From the human T2T-CHM13v2.0 reference genome, Homo sapiens: a stretch of 64,000 nt of DNA. The notes beneath the pieces are model-generated. The model saw only the letters and a program-made list of their open reading frames with translations. It had not been told where the DNA came from and made no database searches. The stretch is from assembly GCF_009914755.1 (NCBI RefSeq), contig NC_060929.1; one strand, written 5' to 3'. Position 1 is the first letter of the stretch. Each line of letters starts with the position of its first letter. A program made the translations under genes and the position numbers. Shown piece after piece: positions 52,309 to 64,000 of the stretch.

Positions 52309-54072
52309 TAAATCTGTGCCATCTAAATTTCCTTTCAGCTTAAAGAAACTCTGATTTTTTTTAAACATTCAGTCTTCTCTCTTTTACAGAATATTCCTAA
52401 AATTGGATCAAATGTCATAGCCCTGGAACTTTATGAAGTAATTATGCATGTATCTTTATTCATAAAATATCCAGAGAGCCTTGACTGCAGCTCCTTGGTA
52501 AATGAGATGAACTGTCCCCAGTATTTTTGCTCACCTTAGAAAACTTCTGGACCAATTTTTCCCAATAAATAATGTATCTCCAGTAAGATTTGCCGAAGGA
52601 TTGCAGAACTTTCCTTGTAGACATCAAAAGTGAAGTCATGCACACTGATTTATTTGAGGAACAGCTTTGTTTGTTTGTTCATAACTTACCAAGAGCTCAT
52701 TACTCATATTAAGTGCCGAATAAATATTTCTACATTCTACTACTTTTTAGGGTTTTTAAAACCCCTGATTAAGTGTAAAAATTTGGGGTATGGTGGCAAA
52801 GTAAAAGTTCACAAGTCTTAATTTCAAATCTTATCCCTGGGCCAGAAGCAAAGAAAAAAGACATTCTCTTAAAAGTTGACATCACTAGCTGAAAGACCAT
52901 GCCCAAGTCTTGCCCTAACTGCCTCTCCCAAAATAGCTTCTTAATATGTTACTGAAAAATTAACATCTAAATTAAACCTCTCATTATTTTGTGTCTGCCT
53001 GAGACCTTAGTGATATATCTCAAGTTAGAGAGGTGTCCATAGATTTCTAGTCAAATCTAAGCAGGAAATTCTAAAGACAATGAACCTATTACTTATGAAT
53101 AAGTGCATTTGCACAATAATTGTGTTGAGAAGGTTGCATTATAGCGGTATATTACTCCCTGGCACTATTTGGGTCAAGGTTATTACATTACAGTCAAATG
53201 ACTAGAATAACAGTAAGATGCTCTTTGATTTTCTAATTATTATTAAAGAATGCCTCCTGAGCCCAGCCTCAGAAGCTTCTCTTTTGAATCATCTGCAACT
53301 CACGCTGCTTTGCATGCATTATACATTAAACCCATATGGCCATTTGATGGAGGGTCTCTAGAGGGAAGTTTCATACTGCTTTTTTCACTGCAGGAGGGAG
53401 AAAGGTAGAAAAAACAAGAAAGAGAGGAAAAGGCTGGGGCTAGTGAGAAGGAAGAAAGAACACTACTGGGCAAAGATCAGGTTTCAAGCAAAGGTGAGTC
53501 CAATTAATAAACACTAAATAGACATGGGAGCCAATTCTAGAAGATATTGTTTACATTTTTGTTGCTAAACTTGAGGGAGCTCCTGAGCAAGGGTGCTGTT
53601 TTTATCTGTCAGTTTTTAGTAAGCACATCTACCCTATCATTTCCTAAAATGAGAAAGAGCTGCAGCTATTTGTCAAAAATGTATGTATACAGTTGAAGTT
53701 TGGCTTTAATGGAATCATGTTAAAAATTAATATTTAAAAGGCACCTATGCAATGTGGTACATCCAAAAATATTTCCCCAAGTTTGACAAAATACATGTAA
53801 TTTTATTGAAAGATAATATATAGAAATTCTCCAATATGCCCAGAATTCCCCCACTTAAAGTCCTCCTTTGAGAACAGATAATAAAGCACTAATTCCTCAG
53901 AAATTAGGCACAGAAGTAATTCCTCATCCATTCTCAACAGAGTAATGCACTTGTACTTTAACTTACGCAAATCCTAAAAGTAACACCTATTTATTAGTCA
54001 TATTCATTCTTATTTCCCTGCTCTGGAACAAGTTCTATTCTTCAGGTTCAGCAGATTATGAATATCACCTAA

Positions 54073-54230
54073 TAATGTCAAATACAATTGAGCACTAATC
54101 ATGTGTCAGGCATTATGCTAAGTATTAAAAATCCATTATTTTATTTATTTCTCATAACAATCTTATCCAATATGTATTCATATTATTGTAATTATTTTCA
54201 CTTTACAGATGAGAAAACTGAGGCTCAGAA
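54073..54230 (-). mobile_element. MIR
   Basis: ctttacagatgagaaaactgaggctcaga. Confidence 0.85.
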
Positions 54231-55859
54231 ATATTTTACATTTACATCATGTTCAGCTCTATATGTTACATTTTATAATTTGAATATTAAAGTAGATAAA
54301 AGGCAATTTTTTATTTTTGTTCTTGCAATGTATAGATGGATTGATGCAACTTTCATCTTTAATTTGATTAGTCATCTTGCCCACAGAAATATATTTAGCC
54401 TTCAAACTTACAGGTCATTTTCTCAGTTTTTCTTAGGAGAAAAACAAAATTAAATGACAATGACAACAAAACTATGTGAGATAAAATATTAATGATATTT
54501 CAGCCAATGGGCTATTAAATGTCCTCCCACTCACATTTTCATTATCTAAACCTTCCTATAAATGGGGTTACATTTTTTTTGAATACCAATATTAATTTCT
54601 CGATTAAATATTTACCATTTAAAATATTTTTTAAAGAATCTGATATAGGTTAGTAGCACAGAGTTGATGGAAGAGAAGCATGCAAATAGCTCTGAACAGA
54701 TTTTCTGTATTTAGTTTTAAATGAAGCAGGACTCCAAGAAAGCATTACATTTTACCATTCCCATAAAGGTGGTGGTGTTTTTTTTTCTCTTTACTATTCT
54801 GGCATCCTGTCCCTGCCCCTATGTAGTAAGGACCCTAAGTGAGCTCCAGATCTTATTTTCTCACCCTTGCTTCCATCAGTAGCAGAAAAGGTCTCTCTCT
54901 CATGGCCAGTCTATGACTCAACTCATATGTGGCACATCATCTATCCCTTACTAATCAGAATGAGATATGCATCTGTTTCCCCAAATTATCAAGCATGTGA
55001 ATTGCTACATGTGAATAATAACTGAAAAGAACCAGTTAAAATACAAAATTACCCATTATGCAAAATCTTGAGCACTTCCCTTTTTGAAATAATACAATCA
55101 TAAATTGTTCTATTTGTTTTCTTGAGGGCAAATGGTCCTCAGGAAATATTTATTCCATTACAATTAAAAAGGAAGTTTTAAATAAATGCCCATCAATATT
55201 CCATTGCTCCACTTTAAAAATTAGGAAAATAGGAACTTAAAACTTCCTTTATAAATACAATTGAATGCAATATACCTATTTGATTCTATCTGTGTTTTCC
55301 ATTGGATTGAGTCAAAACCAAGAAATATTTCATTTATCTTTACAATTTCCCCCACTGATAAGTGCTTTCCACAAGACCTGATAAATAGAATATTCTCCAT
55401 AAAATGTATTAAATGATGACTGAATAAACAGATAAGTAAAAGAAAAAAAATGCACAAAATAATACAAAGGGGAGTTTTAAAGTTTATGTAGGTCAACAAA
55501 TGGGAAAATTAATGGCTTTAGGTATAAAAAGAAAATGTCTGAAATCTGGTTAGTGGCAGAACCAGAACTGAGTCCCACCTCCACTCACCACGCTTCCCAC
55601 TATTCCACACTTAAACTCTAAAGTATGTCCACATAACCGTGAGATACAAAAAAGGGATTAGTGACTAGAAATGTATTTGTGTAGACAGAAAGAAACAGAC
55701 AAATGGGAAAAAAACATAGGGAGAAGCACAGAAACACAGTAAAATAGACTCAAAACCACATGGAATATAAAGAATCAAACCCAGAGATAGACTTATGACC
55801 CAGTATTCCCACCTATGAAGCTCTGTTGCATTTTCTTAACCTTAAACAGTGTTGTTCAC

Positions 55860-56380
55860 CAGTTGGTATGTCCATCGGTAAGAAGTCAGTTGAATCGTGG
55901 TGCAGGTATATAATGAAATACTATATAACTGTTACATGAAAGATATACATATCTGTATATGTGTGTACATATACACAGATATATATATCTATATGTGTAT
56001 ATATACTGTATATATATGTATATATATACATCTATGTAGATGTATAAATATACATATATGTATATGTATATACTGTATATATACTGAGATAGGCCAAGTT
56101 TTTTAAAAAAGTAAACATAAAAACAAAGTGCACAAAAGTAAGACTCAGATACTACTAAGTGGGAAAAAAGAAAGTATAAGATACAGATATTTACATACAT
56201 GATGCTTGGAGAGACTAGAATATCTCTGAATATGTATACACAAGAATCCAAAATCTGGTTGACTTCAGAGAGGAAACTAAAGGACTAAAGATAAGAAGTG
56301 GGCATTTGTTTTGTTGTATGTATTCTCTTTGGCAGTGTTATAATTTCTTACTAGATACAGATGACTTTTTAAGAGACAAA
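55860..56380 (+). mobile_element. L1ME 3' fragment containing a degenerate (TA)n at 55940-56085
   Basis: gttgaatcgtggtgc...aatgaaatactatataact followed by the AT microsatellite. Confidence 0.55.
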
Positions 56381-56949
56381 AATGAAAATAAAGGATTCGT
56401 CTGGCTCATAATTTACTATAATACCATTATTGACACTGTTTTTTGAATTTCTCAAGTTTTACCATGATTTTTGAACCAATAGTTATCAACAAGAATTAAA
56501 ATTAAAATTAAAATTATAGGCGATTATATTAGAGGTTATAGATGGAAAGAAACTATGCATTCTAGTTCAGAGCACAGTGCTAGACATCAAATAGACAATA
56601 AATTACAAAACCTGATGCTAATAATCAGTAAATTACAGAGAAGGATCACTTTCTTCCTTCTCCCTTCCAATCAAACCTCTCTCCAAGATCTAGCTATTAC
56701 TTCTCAGAGATTCCAAGCCAAAAAACCAAAAGCCTTATGACTTATTTTCAGTTTTGAAAATACACTTTATCACCCTTTGATTAAGCCTCTGATTAGGAAA
56801 CGTAGTAACACTGTTAAGCATATGGTTTGATATAGGCATTTGAATTAAACCATGGGACCAATTACCCTAAACACTTTTTCTCTAAGATGGCAGGCATAGT
56901 TCTTGAGAAAATGTATTTCTGACAGGGAGCAACTGGAATAATACAAATT

Positions 56950-58632
56950 TTATAGGTACGTAGTAGGTGTATATACTTATGGGGTACACGAGATATTTTG
57001 ATACAGGCACATAATACATAAAAATCACCTCAGAGTAAATGGAGTACCCATCACCTCAAGCATTTATCATTTCTTTGTGTTAAAAACATTCCAATTATAC
57101 TCATTTAGTAATCTGTAAATAGACAATACGTTTATGTTGACTTAAGTCACCTTGTTGTGTTATCAACTACTAGATTGTATGCATTCTATCTAAATACATT
57201 TTTGCACCCATTAACATGCTCCATTACCCCCCACTTCCATTTCCTGCCTCTGGTAATCATTATTCTATTCCCTACTCCCATGAGTTCAATTGTTTTAATT
57301 TTTAGCTACCACAAATGAGAAGAATATGCAAAGAAGAAATGCCTGGTTAATTGCACTTAATATGATGTCTTCCAGTTCCATCCATGTTGTTGCCACGACA
57401 TAATTTTCTTCTTTTTTATAGCCAAATGGTACTGCATTGCGTGTATGTATCACATTTTCTTTATCCATTTGTCTGTTGATGGACACTTTGGTTGCTTCCA
57501 AAGCTTGGCTATGATAAATAGTGCTACAATAAACATAGGAGCATAGATATGTCTTCGATTTATTTATTTTCTTTCTTATGAACATATACCTACCAGTGGG
57601 ATTGCTGGGTCATATGGTAGTTCTATCTTTAGTTTTTTGAGAAACCTCCATACTCTTTTCCATAGTGGCTGTACTAATTTACATTCCCAACAACTGTGTT
57701 CTATGGCTACTTTTTCTCCACATCCTTGCCATCGTTTCTCACTGCCTATCTTTTGGATAAAAACCATTTTAACTGAGGTGAGATGATTTCTCATCATGGT
57801 TCTGATTTGCATTTCTCTAATTATCAGTGATGTTGAGCATCTTTTCATATACTATTAGTCATTTGTATATCTTCTTTGAGGAAAGTCTATTCAGATCTTT
57901 TTCCCATTTTTTGATCTAATTATTTGATTTTTTCCTATAGAGTGGTTTGAGCTCCTTATATATTCTGGTTTTTAATCCCTTGTCAGATTGGTAGTTTTCA
58001 AATATTTTCTTGGCTATTAGAGTTCTTTTTTGGTTCCATATGAATTTTTAAATAGTTATAATCCCTTTGAATAAACTTCCTACTCCTATCTCTTTCTCTA
58101 CCTCCTCTTTAAGGCCAATAATTCTTAGATTTATCCTTTTGAGGGTATTTTCTAGGTCTTATAGATGATTTTTTTTTCTTTTGTATCCTCTGACTGTGTA
58201 TTTTCAAATAATCTGTCTTCAAACTCACTAATTCTTTCTTCTGCTTAATCAATTCTGCTATTAAGATATTTTGATGCATTATTCAGTATGTCAGTTGCAT
58301 TTTTCTAGAATTTCTGTTTGACTCTTTTCAATTGTTAATATTTCAATCTCTTTGTTAAATTTATCTGAGAGAATTCTGACTCATTCTCCACACCACACAC
58401 CCACTGCTGGTGGACAGGAGAGTGGTAGTGTTGGCAAAACAAGACTGTCTCTCCTACCCAATTCAATGCCTCATTCAATGATGTGAAGTTAAATCCAGGT
58501 ACTGTGATTACTGCACCTGATATTGATTCTTGTGATGGTGCTTTTCTCTGTGCAGATAGTTGTTGAAATGTGGTGCTCCTTTCAGGCAAACTCTGTAGGC
58601 TTCTATTCCACCATTTTGGTCTGCCACCCTCC
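56950..58632 (-). mobile_element. Internally deleted L1MA (MA2/3-like) carrying 5' end, ORF1 piece, ORF2 piece and 3' end
   Basis: 3'UTR and ORF2 end 56950-58010, ORF2 sliver 58010-58058, ORF1 58060-58384, 5' terminus 58385-58632. Confidence 0.8.
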
Positions 58633-58634
58633 TC

Positions 58635-61600
58635 TTGATACTGATTTCCAATTTTATTCCATTGTGGTTAGAGAAGATACTTGATATGATTTTTTTTTAA
58701 TTTTTAAAGACTTGTTCCTTGGGCTAACATATGGTCTATCCTTAAATATGATCTGTGTGCTAAGTAGAAGAATGTACGTTCTGTAGCCATTGAATGAAAT
58801 GTTCTGTAAATATTAATATCTATTAGAAACATGTTGTCTATAGTGTAGATTAAGTCCAATTTTTTTATTTCTTTTCTGTCTGGATGATCTGTCCATTACT
58901 GAAAGAAGGCTGTTGAAGTCTCCAGCTATTATTGTAATGAGGTCTTTCTCTCTCTTTAGCTCCAATAATATTTGGTTTATGTATCTAGGTGCTCCAGTGT
59001 TGAGTGCGTATATATTTACGATTGTTATACCCTCTTGCTGAAATGACTTATTTATCATATATAATGACTTTCTATGTCTCTTTTTATACTTTGTGTCTTG
59101 AAATCTATTTTGTCTGATGAAGTGTAGCTACTCTGCTCTTGTTTTGGTTTGCATTGGCATGGAATATCTTTTTCTATCCCTTTATTTTCAGTCTACATGT
59201 GTTTTTGTAGGTGAAGAGCTTCTTGTAGGCAACAGATCATTGGGTCTTTTTTTAAAATTCATTCAGCTACTCTATTTTTTAATTAGAGACTTTAGCTCAT
59301 TTATATTTAATGTTATTATTGATAAGTAAGAACTTTCTATTGCCATTTCATTATTTGTTTTCTGATTGTTTTATGGTTTCCTCCTCTCTTTTTCTTTTTT
59401 TTTTGTGAAGAGGACTTTCTCTGATGGTGTGTTTTAATTTCTTGATTTTCATTTCTGTGTATCAGTTGTATTTTTTTTTTGTTTTGAAGTTGCCATGAAA
59501 CTAGCAAATAACATCTTACAGCCCATTATTTTAAACTGATGACAATTTTACTCTAATTGCCAAAACAAACAAACAAGCAAATAGAAAAGTGATAAAAACT
59601 TTATACTTTAATTCATCCCCCTTTTTAACTTTTTGTTGTTTCTATCTATATGTTACTATACTGTCTATGTCTTGAAAAGTTGTTGTAGTTATTATTTTTC
59701 ATAGGTTCATATTGTAGTCTTTTAACTCAAGATATGAGTAGTTTACACACCACAATTACAGTGTTATACTATTCTATGTTTTGCTGTGTGCTTACCATTA
59801 GCAGTGAGTTTTATACCTTTCAGATGACTTCTTATTGCTTATTAATGTCCTGTTCTTTCAGATTGAAGAATTCCCTTTAGTGTTTCTTATAGGAAAGTTC
59901 TGGTATTGATGTAATCCCTCACCTTTCATTTATCGGGAGAAATATTTATGTGTTTTTCATGTTTGAAGTATAGTTTCACTGGATATACTATTCTAGGATA
60001 AAAGGTTTCTTTTTTTTCTTTCAACACTTTAAATATTTCATGCCACTCTCTCCTGGTCTGTTAGGTTTCTACTCAGAAGTCTGCTGTCAGATGTATTGGA
60101 GGTCCTTTGTATCTTATTTGTTTCTTCTCTCTTGCTGCTTTTAGAATTCTTTCTTTATCCTTGAACTTTGGGAGTTTGATTATTAAAAGTATTAATGTAG
60201 TTTTATTTAGATTAAATCTACTTGGTATTCTATAAGCTTCTTGTGGTTGAATATTGATATCTTTTCGTGGGTTTTGAAAGTTCTCTGTTATTGCTTTGAA
60301 TGAATTTTCTACTCCCATCTCTTTCTCTACCTTCTTGTTAAGGCCAATAACTCTTAAATTTGCCCTTTTGGACCTATTTTTTAGATCTTGTAGGCATGCT
60401 TCATTGTTTTTTAATCTTTTATACAATCTCTGATTGTATGTTTTCAAATAACCTGTCTTCAGACTCACTAATACTTTCTTCTACTCAATCAATTCTGCTG
60501 TTGAGAGAGTCTGACACATTCCTCACTATGCTAATTGAACATTTCAGCTGCAGAATTGCTACTTGAATTTTTAAAAATAATTTTAATTTATTTGTTAAAT
60601 GTATTTTATAGGATTCAGAATTTCTGTGTTACCTTAAATTTTGTTCAGCTTCCTCAATGCAGCTATTTTGAATACTTTGTCTGGAAGATCACATACCTCT
60701 GTCACTCTGGGATTGGTCTCTGATGCCTTATTTAGTTTGGTGAGATCATGATTTCCTGGATGGCCTTGACACTTTGGGATGCTCATCGATGTCTAGGCAT
60801 TGAAGAGTGAGGTGTTTGTTGTATTCTGAGCTTATTTTGTACCCATTCTTCTTAGGAAAGCTTTCCAATTACTCAAAGGGAATTGAGTGCTGTGATCTAA
60901 GTCTTTGGTCATTGCAGCCATATCTGCATTAGAGGCCTTCCCAAACCCAGTAATGCTGTGACTCTTGCATACTCATAGAGATACCCCTTGGTTGTCTTGG
61001 GTAAGATCTGACAGAATTACCTGGATTACCAGGCAGAGACTCTTGTTTTCTTCCCTCACTTTACCCCAAACCAACGGAGTTTCTGTCTCTCTGAGCTGAG
61101 CTGCCTGGAGTTGAGGGAGGTGTGAGAGAAGCACCCCTGTGGTACCACCACTGGGACTATGCTGGGTCAGACAGAAGTCAGCACAGTACTGGGTCTCACC
61201 GAAGGCCTGCAGTGACTATTGTCTGTCTTCCACTGATGTTTATTTAAAGTCCAAGGGCTCTTTAGTCTGCAGGTGGTGAATCAAGCCTGCCTTGTGTCTT
61301 TCCCTTTAGGGTAGAGAGTTCCCTTCTAGCTCAGTGTGTGTCTAGAAATGGTGTGCAGGAGCTACAACCTGGAGGTGAGAATGTCAGGAATCTACTTAGT
61401 ACTTTATTTTACTGTGACTGAGCTGGTACTCAGGTTGTTAGACAAAGTTCTTTTTTTTTTCCTCTCTTTTCCTCAAGCAGGAGTCTCTCCTCACGGCCAC
61501 CACTGCCCATGTGGTAAGTACTGACTGGCTACCACTGATGTTCTTTTCAATGCTCAAGGGCTCTTTAGTCTGCACGTGGTGAATTTTGCCAGGCTTGGGT

Positions 61601-63117
61601 CTCTTCTTTCAGGCAAGTGGGTTCCCTTCTGCCCCAGGATGGGTCTAGAAACGCTGTCCAGGAAGTAAGGTCTGGAACTGGGGATTTTAGAAATTTCCTT
61701 GGTGTTTTATTTTACTGTAGCTGAGCTGCTACAAGCTGCAAGAAAAAAAACCTTTTTACTCTTCCTTCTTCTTTCACGAAGCAGAAGGAGTGTCTCTGTG
61801 GCCACTACAGCTGGGAATCCACTGTCACACCGGAAGGCAGCACAGTACAGGGTCTCACCCAAGTAAGCGCCCATGGCACTGCTTCTTGGATACTGCTGAT
61901 GTTTATTCAAGGCCCAATGGCTCCTTAATAAGCAGGTGATGAATCTTGAGGGAACTGGCTCCTCCTGTCCAAGGCAGCAGTTCCCTTCTGGCCGACAGTG
62001 TGTCTAGAAATGTCAGGTAGGAGCTAAGGCCTGGAATGGGGGCTTCAGGACCCTGCTTGGTGCCCTATTCCACTGTGGCTGAGCTGGTAGCCAAGTTGCA
62101 AGACAAAGTCTTCTTTGCTGTCCCTTCTCCTCTCCTTAAGCAGGGGGAAAGAGTCTTTCCAGGAACTGCGAGCTGTGCCGCCTGGGGTTGGGGGAGGGGT
62201 TAAGCAAGCACTCTGTTGGCTGCTCTAGCTGTGTCTCACTAGGTCATGTGTACCCCAAGTACACTATCTCTGAGCCCAGAAGAGCACCAGGACTTGCAGT
62301 CCTTGTGGCGTAAACTGCCTTTCAAGTTTACTTAGGATTCTTGATCACTTGGATCACTTAGGATTCTAGCCCATGGTAGTGAGGCTGGCTGGAACTCAGT
62401 TCCCAAGCACTGGAACGGGTGATTTCCCTCTGCCTAGGGCTGGTCTAAATCCTCCCTCCATGGGCACCAGCTGTGTTCTGCCCTGTATTGCTTTCTGCTG
62501 TAACAGGTGGTACTGAGTTCCAATGCAAAGCCCACAATCACTGCACTTCCCCTCTGTCAAGCACACAGATTCTCTCTCGGTGTTATACTGTGCAGCTGGG
62601 AGATGGAGGAGGGATAGTTCAGGAGATTCAAGACTGTCTTTCCTACCCTCTTTAGCGTCTCTTTCCTTAATGTGATGTTAAAACCAAGTACTGTGATAAC
62701 TCACATGCTTTTTGGTTCTTATAAAGGTGCTTTATGAGACAGGGCCTTGCTTTTTCACCAAGGCTGGAGTGTAGTGTCACAATCTCAGCTCACTATAACC
62801 CCTGCCTCTGGGCTCAAGTGATTCTCCCACTTCAACATTCCAAGTAGTGGGGACTACGGGCATGCACCACTAAGCCTGGATGAATTTTTTATTATTTGTA
62901 GAGATGGGTTTTTGCCATGTCGTTGCCCAGGCTGGTCTCAAACTCCTGGGCTCAAGCCATCCACCTGCCTTGGCCTCCCAAAGTGCCAGGATTACAGGTG
63001 GGAGCCACCACACATGGCATAAAGGTGCTTTCTTTTGTGGATAGTTCCATCTGGTGTTCCTGCAAGGGGTGGGGGATGATCACTGGAGGATTCTATTTGG
63101 CCCTCTTGCTTCACCTC
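58635..63117 (-). mobile_element. 5' half of an L1MA/L1M1: 5'UTR with three ~300-360 bp repeats, ORF1 and endonuclease domain
   Basis: Peptides KDKERILKAAREKKQ and IIAGDFNSLLS; ctgatgtt...ggctc...gtgaat unit near 61231, 61533 and 61894. Confidence 0.9.
62734..63018 (-). mobile_element. AluJ with essentially no A tail
   Basis: 13 bp TSD ataaaggtgcttt at 62721-62733 and 63019-63031. Confidence 0.92.
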
Positions 63118-64000
63118 TAAATCTCCTAGCACAAATATGTATAGCCATTCACTTGAATCATTGAAGTTAACATATTTTTAAATTATATTCCCATTTTTTT
63201 CTTTCTCACCCCAGATTGCCTTTCTAAAACACGAATCTAATCATGTTCCTCTCTTCCTGATAAACAGCCATCAATGTTTCATATATATGTCTACAAGAAG
63301 TCTGTGTTCATAAACCACTTGGCATTCCTCAGCCTCAGTATGTGAACTGTGTAATACATATTTTCAAAAAACATCTTCTGCTTGTTTCTGTGACAAATTA
63401 GCTTACTGTTGATATACTGAATCAAGAACAGTTTATTTATAAGCTTCTTTTTATCTATTATTGAGCATTTAGGAAAAATCAAAACCTGAACTGAGAAAAA
63501 TCTTTTTAAGTGCTTGGCTGCCTCAGAAATGAGGACAGTATGAACAATTTGCAATAGAAATGGGAGGAGCCTATGTGAAGATATAGATTTCTAACATGTT
63601 ATATGTGATTAGAAAATATGGTCTGGTAGCATCATTAATCAAAGCTAAAAATTTACCTAACAGAACCCAGCAGCCCCAAACTCTAGCCATTTCCTCGCTG
63701 GTTTCCTATAAAAACACAAACAGTGTGAATTTGATTAACACCTATCCCTAATCTGTCTGTTCAGCCCTACCACCTGTTTTACAAATTATTATCAATCAGG
63801 GATTGGGATTGGTTTGTCTTCAGGAAAGGCAGAACCAAAAAAGTGGAGTTTTCTGGCCTAATTACTTGTTTTTTAAACAGGCACACCCACACATTTTGCC
63901 TACAAATTGTGACGCTTTGATATGCAGTAAAATTATTTTCACTCTGAAGTAATTTTAGATTGAGCCATTTATCACAGAACATCAAGGGTTGTCTTAAAAA

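Noticed and set aside
55886-56251. Ile/Tyr-rich ORFs
   Set aside because: Translation of a TA microsatellite
61190-62130. Three ~300-360 bp direct repeats as a novel array
   Set aside because: They sit within the L1MA/L1M1 5'UTR and fit its tandem-unit structure
63774-63899. Additional minus-strand exon (tag| to cag|gtggta, 126 bp) upstream of the candidate chain
   Set aside because: The phase-compatible frame has five stops, and both acceptor and donor are weak; worth revisiting only if the chain shows homology

Overview
This is repeat-dense, gene-poor primate DNA, most likely from a hominoid (AluY, AluS and AluJ, L1PA3, L1PA8, L1MA/L1ME, THE1/MST LTRs, MIR, L2, hAT and mariner relics). 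No intact, recognisable host protein-coding gene is present, and almost all long ORFs in the track are L1 fragments or repeat noise. The main landmarks are a full-length ACTB processed pseudogene inserted into a THE1 solo LTR (13.8-16.0 kb), a full-length but disabled L1PA3 (18.2-24.4 kb) that retains the ZNF93-bound 5'UTR segment and has a short non-A tag in its tail, several older L1s, two twin-priming inversions and several fold-back or tandem micro-duplications. The most open-ended signal is a set of phase-compatible minus-strand exon candidates in the unique DNA at 44.6-63.5 kb, ending in a stop and AATAAA. I cannot assign them to a known protein; they may be the 3' end of an unrecognised gene or pseudogene, or chance. 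I found no convincing novel biological system. Subfamily names come from recalled consensus features and boundaries of old elements are approximate.
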